In this document: positions 1-11,448 of the stretch, one piece after another | Layout: every line of letters begins with the position of its first letter | Position numbering within the stretch: the stretch's first letter is position 1 | Assembly (NCBI RefSeq): GCF_006345805.1 | Contig: NC_042997.1 | Location: 187,302,001 to 187,366,000, forward strand | Direction of reading: 5' to 3' | Length of the DNA stretch: 64,000 bases | Origin: Octopus sinensis | Lineage: Eukaryota | The notes under the pieces: generated by a model | What the model was told of the DNA's origin: nothing | Database searches by the model: none | The model's input: the letters and a program-made list of their open reading frames with translations, nothing else | Translations under genes and position numbers: made by a program

Positions 1-477
1 AGGCTAAAGCTGAATGTCTAAAACAGTTTTGCATGAATGTCCACAATAAATTAACTGGATGATCACAGGTGGGTGTCTACATTATTTATAAATGTATGTG
101 CACAATATCTTTCTGAGAATTACCTACAATGGTGATATAGCAACTGTTTCATAATTTATTAGATGCAGAATTTATCGAGAGTTGTTCCAAGAAAGAAAAA
201 AAAAACTAAATAACAATGGCAAAAAAAAAATACTACACCCACGAAAATATGTCATGATTCTACATGCTTATAGTTTTATGAAATATTTTGTTAAAATGAA
301 GGATATTTGCTTTTTATCTAAATTTAGAAGAAAAGAAACTTGTTCTTTGAAATAAGACAATATTTTAACAGGAATCTAATTGAGCAGAAAATTTATTCTG
401 ATAATAAATGCATGGCAATAAGAAGAATTGGATAGTGTAGCATTGATGACAATGGTTGATGGAATAGACGAAGAGGG

Positions 478-747
478 GTGGTGGTGATGGTGGTGGTGGT
501 GGTGATGGTGGTGGTGGTGATGGTTGTGATGGTGGTGATGGTGGTGATGGTGGTGATGGTGGTGGTGATGATGGTGGTGGTGATGGTGGTAGTGGTGGTG
601 GTGGTGATGGTGGTGGTGGTGGTGGTGGTGATAGTGGTGGTGGTGGAGATGGTGGTGGTGGTGATGGTGGTGGTTGTGGTGGTAGTGGTGATGGTGGTGG
701 TGGTTGTGGTTGTGGTGGTGAAAGTGATAGCTGTGATGGTGTGGTGA
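478..747. repeat. (GGT/GAT)n compound microsatellite
   Basis: Direct; explains the poly-V/M and poly-T ORFs. Confidence 0.95.
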
Positions 748-1232
748 ATTGTAGTGGTTATAATGATTACATTGACAAATTGGTAATAGTAACAGTGATA
801 AGTGTATATGACCATGTTGTTAATGCAGTTGAGTAGGAATGGTAAATCCTAAATAAGAAGACTTATAACCTAGAAGCAGCCAGCTGAATGGGTTTGAAAT
901 CATCCACAAGACATGGACTCGTTTATCATAGGTGTTACATTAAAAAAAAAAAAAAAACAAAAAAAAAAACATCACTGCAGATAAATCAGTGGTAAGTGAA
1001 TAACAGTGAATATGGGAAGAAGAGGTTTTGTTCTGAGACTTCTAGTTGTTCTGAGTATTGTTGGATGGTTACTGGTAAGAGCTTTTGCTGTTTGAGCAGA
1101 ATCTTTCACTGATTGCAGACATACATTATCACAGAACAATTTGTAATAAGAGTAACACGGTTCACAATCAAGTCGACTATGTTATAACAAATCAGTGTTA
1201 AATGAGTCATTGATCAATGTGGTTAGATGTTT

Positions 1233-1613
1233 GGCTGTGTGGTAAGTAGCTTGTTTACCAACCACATGGTATTGGGTTCAGTCCCACTGCGTGGCACCAT
1301 GGGCAAGTGTCTTCTACTATAGCCTCGGGCCGACCAAAGCCTTGTAAGTGGATTTGGTAGATGGAAACTGAAAGAAGCCTGTCGTATATATGTATATGTG
1401 TGTGTCTGTGTTTGTCTCCCCAACATCGCTTGACAACCGATGCTGGTATGTTTACGTCTCCGTAACTTAGTGGTTCGGCAAAAGAGACCGATAGAATAAG
1501 TACTAGGCTTACAAAGAATAAGTCCCGGGGTCGATTTGCTCGACTAAAGGCGGTGCTCCAGCATGGCCGCAGTCAAATGACTGAAACAAGTAAAAGAATA
1601 AAAGAATAAAAGA
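1233..1613 (+). mobile_element. tRNA-derived SINE family A, full copy
   Basis: A-box TGGCTGTGTGG, B-box GGTTCAGTCCC, internal (TA/TG)n linker, (AAAAGAAT)n tail; many similar copies in the window. Confidence 0.9.
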
Positions 1614-2008
1614 ATATCTGATATATTGTACTGAACTGAATGAGTGGCATTTCAAGTGTGGTCATTTCCTTTCCTCCTTTATTTTGGGGGTAATCTGTCT
1701 GATGATTGAAGTCTTAAAACATTTGGTCCTCATTCCAAGCATAGAAGAATGTTTGCTGAGCAGAAGTTCATTGCTGCATGAAATAAATTGGACAACTTTA
1801 TGTCTGTAGAGCCAAATATATTACAGATTTGATCTTCTATGTTATACAACACCGTTATTGCTGTTTACCCATGTATCATCTCTGAATATCAACTAATCCA
1901 ACTTCACCAGTCTAAGAAGGCCTCCAAAAATCATCAGCATTATCCTTCTTATGCAGGGCAGGATTAAGAACCATAGAGGCCCTAAGTACTTAAAAGATTT
2001 TGGTGCCC

Positions 2009-2047
<39 letters not shown>

Positions 2048-2194
2048 ATTCAAAATATAAATAATAATAAACCATAATATAAATTTTCATTTTTGAAAAT
2101 GGAACAAAAACTTTCGGTGAGATGGAAAATAGTGTTTATTTTTGTTTGCTTCCACTTAATTTACATTTGAAAAGTTTTGTCCTACTTATTTTAA

Positions 2195-2590
2195 TTCTTT
2201 TATTTGTTTCAGTCATTTGACTACTGCCATGCTGGAGCACAGCCTTTAGTCAAGCAAATCGACCCCAGGAATTATTCTTTGTAAGCCTAGTACTTATTCT
2301 ATCGGTCTCTTTTGCAGAACCGCTAAGTTACGGGGACGTAAACACACCTACATTGGTTATCAAACGATGTTGGGGGTGGGTGGGGGTGACAAACACAGAC
2401 ACACAAACATATACATACACATATATATATACGACAGGCTTCTTTCAGTTTCCATCTACCAAATCCATTCACAAGGCTTTGATTGGCCCGAGGCTATAGT
2501 AGAAGACACTTGCCCAAGGTGCCACACAGTGGGACTGAACCCAGAACCATGTGGTTGGTAAGCAAACTACTTACCACACAGTCACTCCTG
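2195..2590 (-). mobile_element. SINE family A
   Basis: Reverse complement of the 1233-1613 copy. Confidence 0.9.
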
Positions 2591-2704
2591 CAAAGTTTTT
2601 GATCAGATCCTCAAAATTAATCTTATACAACACATCAGTTTCTATATTTAGTAGAGATAAGGCCTGTCTCATTGCTTAGTTGTTCTAATGGGATTTTTAA
2701 TATA

Positions 2705-3793
2705 TTGGGTTGTCCGGAAAGTTTGTGCCGATTTTTAAAGGAAAGAAAAAGGTCAATAACTACTTGCCATTACCCAAGCTTTACCAGGTGCTCATGAACA
2801 ACGGATTTTGATAGGTTGAGGCTTTCTGCCAATTCTTGGGTTGTGCAATGAGGGTTATTCTCAATTAATGACGTAAAAGTGCCGGTGGCATGTAAAAAGC
2901 ACCATCCGTTCGTGGCCGTTGCCAGTCTCACCTGGCCCCCGTGCCGGTGGCACGTAGCACCATCCGTTCGTGGCCGTTGCCAGCCTCGCCTGGTCCCCGA
3001 GCTGGTGGCACGTAAAAGCACCATCCGTTCATGGCCGTTGCCAGCCTCAGCTGGCCCTCGTGCTGGTGGCATGTAAAAGGCACCATCTGATCGTGGCCAT
3101 TGCCAGCCTCGCCAGGCCCCCGTTGCCGGTGGCACGTAAAAATCACCATCCGTCCGTGGCCGTTTGCCAGCTCTGTCTGGCACCTGTGCGGGTGGCACGT
3201 AAAAAGCACCCACTACACTCATGGAGTGGCTGGCGTTAGGAAGGGCATCCAGCCGTAGAAACACTGCCAGATCAGACTGGGCCTGATGCAGCCTTCTGGC
3301 TTCACAGACCCCAGTTGAACCGTCCAACCCATGCTAGCATGGAAAGCGGACGCTAAATGATGATGATGATGATGATGAATGACTTGATTTGGTCATCATC
3401 TGTAGTGGATGGTCTGCCTGATCGCTCTTTATCAATAAGTCTACAATCTCTAGCAAAGAACCTAGCGAACCACTTCCATACAGTTCTTTTGGATAAAGAA
3501 ACATCACCGTAAACTGCGCATATTTCTTTGGTTGCTTGTGAGGCATTTTTCCCTTTACAGAAAAAGAAAAGCATCAAGTACCGAAAATGAACTTTCTTAT
3601 CTTCCATTTTAAAGGGTTACAGAATTAACACAGATTACAGGAACATAAACCTTCTACCATGAAAAGATAGCTTAAACTGTACTCTAAGTGGAGGTGTAGT
3701 GAAATCCTATTCTATGGACTCAACCATGTTCTAAAATAAGTCGAAAGGTAAGCTACTATATATAAATTGGCACAAACTTTCCAGACAACCCAA
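2705..3793 (-). mobile_element. mariner element, internally deleted (keeps N-terminal HTH, lacks catalytic domain)
   Basis: TIR TTGGGTTGTCCGGAAAGTT / AACTTTCCAGACAACCCAA with TA at 2703-04 and 3794-95; MEDKKVHFR...ERSGRPSTTDDDQIKS and IENNPHCTTQELAESLNLS...HLVKLG on the minus strand. Confidence 0.92.
2873..3377 (+). mobile_element. RTE-type LINE 3' end (family D) with 5 tandem ~60-bp units, inserted in the mariner
   Basis: Conserved tail GGCGTTAGGAAGGGCATCCAG...CCATGCTAGCATGG...(GAT)n; 6-bp TSD AATGAC at 2867-2872 and 3378-3383. Confidence 0.88.
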
Positions 3794-3865
3794 TACTTCA
3801 ACTGAGAAAATGAATACTCAGCTGAGCAATTTGTGACAATTGATGTTAAAGATGTATGAAAGGCA

Positions 3866-4172
3866 GTAGTTAGAGTATTGGGCTCACAATTGTGAGGTAG
3901 TGAGTTCGATTCTTGGACTGGGCTGTATGTTGTGCTCTTGAGCAAGACACTTTATTTCATGTTGTTCCAGTTCACTCAGCTGTAGAAGTGAGTTGCGATA
4001 TCATTAGTGCCAAACTGTAAAGGTCTTTGCTTTTCCCTTAGATAACATCGATGGTGTGGAGAAAGAAAGCTAGTATACAAGGGCAACTGCTGTCTTCTAT
4101 AAACAACCTTGCCTGGACTTGTGCCTCAGCGGGTAACTTTCTAGGTGCAATTCCATGATCTTACGTTTGCAA
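3866..4172 (+). mobile_element. tRNA-derived SINE family B
   Basis: B-box GAGTTCGATTC, then TTGTGCTCTTGAGCAAGACACTTTATTTC; related copies at 10880 and 56440. Confidence 0.8.
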
Positions 4173-4205
4173 AGGCATGCTCAATAATCTTTATTTTAGC
4201 ATGTG

Positions 4206-5003
4206 TAACCCTTCAACATTCAGACTGCTCTGTTATCAAATGTAATGTTTATTTATTCACATTGATTTCAATAACTCATGCAGTCTCTTGCAATTTTGAG
4301 ATTATAATGATATGGCTGTTTATTTCTATTGGGTTGTCCGGAAAGTTTGTGCCGATTTTTAAAGGAAAGAAAAAGGTCAATAAATACTTGCCATTACATT
4401 TTTAATCAACCAAAGATAGCCATTTTGTTGCACAATGCGTCTCCATCTTTCCTTTATCAAGAAAATACCCTCTTCCCAGAATTGAGGTGGTTTCATGGCA
4501 AAGAATTCATCAAGGTATCTTTTTACATCATCCAAGGAATTGAAAGTTTTACCATTAAGATTATTCTGCAGAAACCTGAATAAGTGGAAATCTGAAGGAG
4601 CAATATCTGGTGAATATGGAGGGTGGGGTAACACATCCCAACCGAGCTGCAGCAATTTTTGTCTTGTTCCCAAAGCACGAAGTGCTAAAAATGAACTTTA
4701 TCTTCCATTTTAAAGGGTTACAAAATTAACACAAGTTGTAGGAACATAAACCTTCTTCCACGTAAAGATAGCTTAAAATGTGTTCTCTAAATGGAAGTGT
4801 AGTCAAATCCTATTTTATGGACTCAACTATGTTCTAAAATAAGTTGAAAGGTAAGCTACTATAAATCGGCATGAACTTTCTAGACAACCCAATAGAATGA
4901 CATTGGGCTGGGTTGATGTGAGAAGCCAGGTATTGTTGGTTTGAATATAAAACATCTAAAGTACTTTGGCTGGATATGGCCACTTTAAATTCTAAAGGGT
5001 TAA
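4206..5003. mobile_element. TTAA-flanked MITE (piggyBac-like ends) split by a mariner insertion
   Basis: Ends (T)AACCCTT...AAAGGGTTAA; halves rejoin at TA to match the uninterrupted copy at 39989-40218. Confidence 0.7.
4329..4892 (-). mobile_element. mariner deletion derivative (~564 bp, keeps the C-terminal catalytic segment)
   Basis: Both TIRs with TA TSDs; GWDVLPHPPYSPDIAPSDFHLF motif. Confidence 0.93.
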
Positions 5004-5993
5004 AGTGATTTCTTTTGTGCTATAAACCATTTACCATTTCTGTGGCTCCTCCTTCTCTTGGTGCCCTAAGCATGTGCTTATTTTGCTTAAAGTTTAATCT
5101 GTCTCTAAAAGAATTGTAGTTATTCCTATTTCTAACCTTCTCATACCATTCTCACTACTAACATTGCCACTCTCTATCTTCATTACTGATAATATCACAA
5201 TCATTTTATTCAAGCATACGTTTTTTTCCTTCTGTCTAGTATATTCTGCTTCCATCTTTCAAAGTCAAACAGCAAAGCTTCAAAATAGAGTACCAGTCAA
5301 GTACCAGGGTCATTAGTATTGACTAACTAACTACCTTCCCTTTAAAATTGCTTGCCTTGCGCTTAAGTAGTCATCATCAATAACAACAACGACAACAGCA
5401 ATAAAAATAACTGGGTGATAAATTTGGTTTCTCTTTTGTATTTTTCATGTTATTTTTAGAATTTTTTTCTTTTTTTTTTCCCCCATTTTAGCAACTGAAG
5501 CAAACCAAAACCACTTGCAGGATTGCTGTGAACAATCGGAATTACTGTAAAATGGAAATAAATAAGTAAATAAATAAATATAAAAATATATAAAGCAATT
5601 TCAATTTTGAGCTTCAACAAGCCATAACATGTTAGAAGCATTACATAGTACTTGGAATTATTATAGCACTTCAGCTCCTCCATACATGTGACAGAAATTA
5701 CTCAATTGTAAATTGACTGTATCTAAAATTTTGACTGTAAACCGAAATCAATAGAGTTTGATGTCTAATTTTTATTTTCATATGAAAATGTAATTTCTGG
5801 AAAGTTTATTTAGGAATTTACCACTAACAACTTTATATTAAATGAAAGTCATTGAATTAAATATATTGATATTTTTGTTCCAGCTTACAACATTTTACAA
5901 TTTTCATGTCTACATTGAATGTTATATTTCCAAAGTTATTATATAGACTGATTGAAAAGTATAAATTATCTCAGAGTAGTTCTCCTAAAAATG

Positions 5994-6038
<45 letters not shown>

Positions 6039-6046
6039 TATATACA

Positions 6047-6445
6047 TAGGCGTAGGAGTGGCTGTGTGGTAAGTAGCTTGCTTACGAACCACATGGTTCC
6101 GGGTTCAGTCCCACTGCGTGGCATCTTGGGCAAGTGTCTTCTACTATAGCCTCAGGCAGACCAAAGCCTCGTGAGTGGATTTTGGTAGACGGAAACTGAA
6201 AGAAGCCCATCGTATATATGTATATATATATGCGTGTGTGTTTGTGTGTCTGTGTTTGTCCCCCTAGCATTGCTTGACAACCGATGCTGGTGCATTTACG
6301 TCCCCGTTATCTAGCGGTTCGGCAAAAGAGACCAATAGAATAAGTACTGGGCTTACAAAAGAATAAGTCCTGGGGTCGATTTGCTTGACTAAAGGCGATG
6401 CTCCAGCATGGCCACAGTCAAATGATTGAAACAAATAAAAAGAGA
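6047..6445 (+). mobile_element. SINE family A
   Basis: Full head, linker and tail. Confidence 0.9.
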
Positions 6446-7619
6446 ATAAAAAAAAAAAATATATACATACATATATATATATATATAAAGAAAAGGAAAA
6501 AAAAAGTCCATATTTTTGTTCTTTATTATTTAATTCATTACTTCGTTGTTTTCAGAATATTACTCTTCTTGTCAGAATGTAGAATTGTTTTTGTTGTTGC
6601 AGATGTTGTATCGATCAACAGACAGACCGAGCGACGCTGTCTGTTTCTTTCCTAGATACTTATCTACAATGTACAGTGACGTAAGCTGGTCCCTTAAGGA
6701 GATTAGACACAACGAACAGAATCTGTGTACATAAGGCCTCGGTGGAATACTGACAGGAATTTTACTTCAACAAAAGCTGGGCGGAAGGAAACACACAAAG
6801 GCTTTTTTTGTTTTGTCTTTGCATACATGTATTCGAAAATGTTTCTAAGGCGACCAAAATCAGCCACTTGCTGCTTCTGACATTGCTGAGTATATATAAA
6901 ATTAAAATATTATGATAAATCAGGAAAGAACATCTGTAGATTAAACCAAATGTCTGTTATTGGCGTCTATAGCTTAGCTTTATGACATGATGGAAAAGAA
7001 GCATTTTACTTTCTCATCACCTTATTTCTTAGTTGAGATACGCTGGGTACATTGGGTATTCTTCAATAGAGAAATAGCCACTTGAGGTTTGGATGCAAGC
7101 TGAAGGAAGAGAATTGTGTTTCAGAAATATTATGGGAAACTGGGGAAAAAGAATGATGATTCCAAAACAAGAATAGTAACTCAAATAAAAACTGTTCCTT
7201 GAAGAAAAAAATAGAAAATGAAATTGTTACATATTGTTATTTAATGGATTTCTTTACTGTTTTTAGAAGACTGTAGTTTCTTTGCAAAAAAAAAAAAAAG
7301 AAATGTAAAGAAAAAAAAATTATTCAACAATGTGAAATTGGAGAAAAATGAAATTATAGAAAAATGAATTTATTCAATATTTCACATCTAACAAGATCTA
7401 ATTTAGAATTGGTAGAAAGAAAAAAAAGCAACTGAAGTGAGGAGAGAGTCGTATACAAGATTGAAACCATTAGGGAGGGCATTCACCGATACACTCACAC
7501 ATACACAGCAAGCGTTCGTCTCTCTCTGAGTGTCTGAGGAATGGTCTATCTGTCTGACTATCTCTCTAACTGATAAATCTATGTACAATTTCAAACTTCT
7601 GTTAAAATATGCTCATTAA

Positions 7620-7905
7620 AAAAATAGACCACCAACCATACCACCACCACCACCACCACCATAGCCACTTCTACTACCATTGCCATCACCATCACTACCA
7701 CCATTATCACCCACCGCCACCATCACCATCAACACCACCACTGCTGCTACCACCACCACCACCACCACCACCACCACCACCACCACCGCCGCCGCCACCA
7801 CCACCACCACCACCACCACCACCACCACCACCACTACCACCACCACCACTGCAACCATCAGCACAATCACCACCACTTCCAACCACAACCTCTACCACCA
7901 CCACT
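7620..7905. repeat. (ACC)n microsatellite
   Basis: Direct. Confidence 0.95.
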
Positions 7906-8319
7906 ATCACCCGAACAGAAAGCTACCACTCACATGCTAAAGCATCTCCAAATCAAATCAATAATTTCAAACTGAATGATGTTATTGATATTTATGTGTC
8001 TTTGGTAAAGTGATACCATCAGGACTAAATGGACAGAATGGCAAACCAAGGAATGGTCATCAGTTTATAGCAGAGCTTCTGAAATGTTGGCTTTGTAGTT
8101 GGAGGCTGTTGTAGAGCTAGTTGTGTATGTATGAAATGAAGGAGTGGTGGTTATAGTGGTACATGCAGTAGTGGTGATGGTAAGAGCAGGAGTTGGTACT
8201 GTAGTGGCAGTGTTAAGACATAGTACACAGATGAAGTGGCGGTGGTGGTGATGAAAATAAAAGATATTTGGTTTTTAAGGTAACACACACACACACACAC
8301 ACATAGGTGCAGTGGCTGA

Positions 8320-8670
8320 TGTCAGTCTCACATAATTACCACTGATGCAGGTGTTATGTAAAAATCACCTTTCGAGCGTTAAACCTCATGGAGGCAATTG
8401 GCACCTGTGCTGGTGACATTTAAAAAACACCTGTCAAGTGTTGGGCCTCAGGGAGGCAATGTGGCCGATGCCGGTGTTGTGTAACAGGTGCTTATGCCAG
8501 TGGTACATAAAAAGCACCCATTACACTCTTGGAGTGGTTGGTATTAGGAAGGGCATCCAACCATAGAAATCATGCCAAATCAGACTGGAGTCTTGTGTAG
8601 CCCCTCAACTTACCAGCCCTGGTCAAACCATCATGGACAACTGACATTAAATGATGATGTCAATGATAAT
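8320..8670 (+). mobile_element. RTE family D 3' end, diverged
   Basis: AAAAAGCACC anchors, TTAGGAAGGGCATCC tail, (GAT)n. Confidence 0.75.
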
Positions 8671-8796
8671 GATGCACATGTATTATGGCTGTGTAGTCAA
8701 GCTGAATCCAAAACAACACCATTTTGGGTTCAGTCTCACTATGCAAATGTCTTCTACTATAGGGTAAATTTGTTAGACAGAAGTTGTGCAGAAACC

Positions 8797-8839
<43 letters not shown>

Positions 8840-8981
8840 CGATGATGATGATGAACTTTTGAAATATATATATATTGAACATTTGAAATTTTATACCTAA
8901 TGTAATCGGTAAAACTAAACACGTGTCTGTTTTGGCACAGAAAGCTGGGGTTAGTTTTTCAAATTGCATTTACGCTGAACG

Positions 8982-9058
8982 AATGCACTGATGAGGCCAC
9001 GGACATTTGAATTATGTAAGTAATTCTTTTGTTAAAGGCAGAAACCGAGGTATGCATT
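8982..9058 (+). ncRNA. hammerhead ribozyme-like motif (type I, extended helix II)
   Basis: AATGCA-CTGATGA-GGCC...GGCA-GAAA-CCGAGG-TA-TGCATT; helix I 6 bp; internal hairpin GAATTA/TAATTC. Confidence 0.65.
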
Positions 9059-9676
9059 TAATTCTGTCTTTTTTATATAAATTTTCATCTGTCCTGCCCG
9101 CCAAATTTGGTTCTGGTGTTCGCTGAATTTTCCCTCTAGAGAACTTCCTTTGTAGTTTGATCGTTGATGATCTATTTCTAGCATACGGCTGACTACCTAG
9201 CAGTCTTGCCCTGCCAATATACACTTATATTAGAATTTTCTCTGATTCCTCAGATTTTTTGTATGCTAGACTACTGGTTTTAAATTGATATTAAAATTAA
9301 TATTAATTTATCTCCCTCATTATTTAAATATATATATATATATATATATCTTAATATTAATATTAATATTAGGGAATTATATTATCTCCCCCCCCCAAAA
9401 AAAAATGGCTCTCAATGTTGGATTATACAACTGCTGGTAGCCATGTTTAATTCATGGAGAAAAAATTACCATACAGATAAGTTAGCATTTCTTTTTACTA
9501 ACATTTCTTTTTTCTACTTTTATTCCACATTTCTGTTCATTATTTACTAAAGTAAAATTTTTATTCCGCCTTTTTGTTCATTATTTACTAAAGTAAAATT
9601 ATTCCAACAACTTCTAGTTATATAATTTTAGTTTGTCATGTCTTCATATAGGATGTAAATAGCAAAATAAGTTCAT

Positions 9677-9795
9677 ATATGCTAGACCTGAAGATTGGCA
9701 ATATAATCATTTTAATATGGTATTGTATTTAGAGAAGTTCTATTCCAGCAATATCGAGGAATATGTTGTCATGAAACACATGTAGTAAAGTATAT
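9677..9795 (+). ncRNA. hammerhead ribozyme-like motif with ~58-nt loop 2
   Basis: ATATGCT-AG-AC-CTGAAGA-T-TGGCAATAT...ATGTTGTCA-T-GAAA-CACATG-TA-GT-AA-AGTATAT. Confidence 0.6.
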
Positions 9796-9920
9796 GATTT
9801 GAAATAAGAATTGTAGGTATTAATTTTCATGATTTTAATATTTAATCCTATATGTACCTATTGTGAATAATGTCATTCTATGATGATTGAGTTGCTTGAG
9901 AGTGATTCTGTCTCTTAAAC

Positions 9921-9989
<69 letters not shown>

Positions 9990-10141
9990 CATCTATCTAT
10001 TCATCTATATATATATCATAAAGTACAGGTGAGGCTATATAAATCTCAGAGGGATAGAAATATTTTCAAGATTAGACTGGTTGAATAGCTTATGATATAG
10101 GTACACACATACATATATTATTATAAAAACTAAGACAGAAG

Positions 10142-10386
10142 ATGGAGATAAAATTAATAAAAATTTATTAAATCATTGACAAGACCTACTTTTGTTTCAA
10201 TTCCTTACTTACAGCAAGAAATCAATCAAATTTAATTTAATTAAATCAATTTAGTTAATTATTATAAGCCAGAATATCTGATTTAATTAAATTAAATTTG
10301 ATTGATTTTTATGCTATATGTGAGGAATTGAAACAATTGTAGGTCTTGTCAATGTGTTAATAAATTCTTATTAATCTTACCTCCAT
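10142..10386. repeat. fold-back inverted repeat, ~107-bp arms, ~30-bp spacer (MITE-like)
   Basis: Arm 10142-10248 is an imperfect reverse complement of 10279-10386 (CATTGACAAGACCTAC / GTAGGTCTTGTCAATG). Confidence 0.85.
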
Positions 10387-10408
10387 TGTCTCGCTTTGTG
10401 TATATATA

Positions 10409-10600
10409 TATAGGGAGAGTTTACGAAAAAAAACAAAAGACGAAGACAGGTGGTGTACAAAACAAACAGATGTATTAGTATAACGCTCAGGAATAGAAAA
10501 AGTCTTTTACATTTCGAGCCTACGCTCTTCTACAGAAAGGGACACAGAAAAAACAAGGAGAGAAAAAAATGTGTGTAGTGGCTAACGATCTATCATATAT
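10409..10600 (-). mobile_element. short (TA)n-flanked repeat carrying a minimal hammerhead-like motif (Penelope-like-element-derived?)
   Basis: Second copy at 46372-46572 in opposite orientation; motif CTTT-CTGTAGA-A-GAGC-GTAG-GCTC-GAAATGTA-AAAG at 10504-10539. Confidence 0.6.
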
Positions 10601-10695
10601 ATATCTCCTTCTTCCCTTTTTTCCTGAGCGTCCAATAATACTTTATTTGTTCCACATCCTCACGTTGTTGTCTTTTTGTTTTCTTGTTTGGATTA

Positions 10696-10759
<64 letters not shown>

Positions 10760-10794
10760 CATGTAATCACATGTGGACTCTCTCTTAATATTTG

Positions 10795-10851
<57 letters not shown>

Positions 10852-10879
10852 ATATATGAATGCATGTATGTATGTATAG

Positions 10880-11190
10880 TGAAGGCACATGGCTTAGTGG
10901 TTAGAGCGTCGAGCTTATGATTGTGAGGTTGTGAGTTCGATTCCCAGACCAGGCTGCGTGTTGTGTTCTTGACCAAGATACTTTATTTTACTTTGCTCCA
11001 GTTCACTCAGCTGTAGAAATGAGTTGCGACGTCACTGGTGCCAAACTGTATCGGCCTTTGCTTTTACTTTGGATAACATCAGTGGTGTGGAGGCTGGTAT
11101 ACATGGGCGACTGCTGGCCTTCCACAAACAACTTTACCCGGACTTTCTAGGTGTAATCTCATGGTCATTCATGACCGAAGGGGGTCTCCT
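10880..11190 (+). mobile_element. SINE family B
   Basis: A-box TGGCTTAGTGG, B-box GAGTTCGATTCCC. Confidence 0.85.
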
Positions 11191-11204
11191 CCTCCTAATA
11201 TGTA

Positions 11205-11407
11205 TGTATAGGCATGACTGTGTGGTAAGAAGTTTGCTTCTCAACCACATGGTTCCGGGTTCAGTTCTACTGTGTGGCACCTCAGACAAGTGTCTCCTAC
11301 TATAGCTTCAGGCCAACCAAAGCCTTGGGAGTGGATTTGGTAGACAGAAACTGAAAGACACCCAGACAGAAACTGAAAGACACCCAGACAAAAACTGAAA
11401 GACACCC

Positions 11408-11448
<41 letters not shown>

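Noticed and set aside
1690-1730. CTGATGAT possible hammerhead
   Set aside because: No GAAA box and no helix II
4377-4673. SETMAR-like host gene
   Set aside because: Bounded by TIRs and TA TSDs, internally deleted, no SET domain
10880-10960. tRNA gene-like sequences (also at 1233, 6047, 39349, 56440)
   Set aside because: A/B boxes run into SINE bodies and there is no complete cloverleaf
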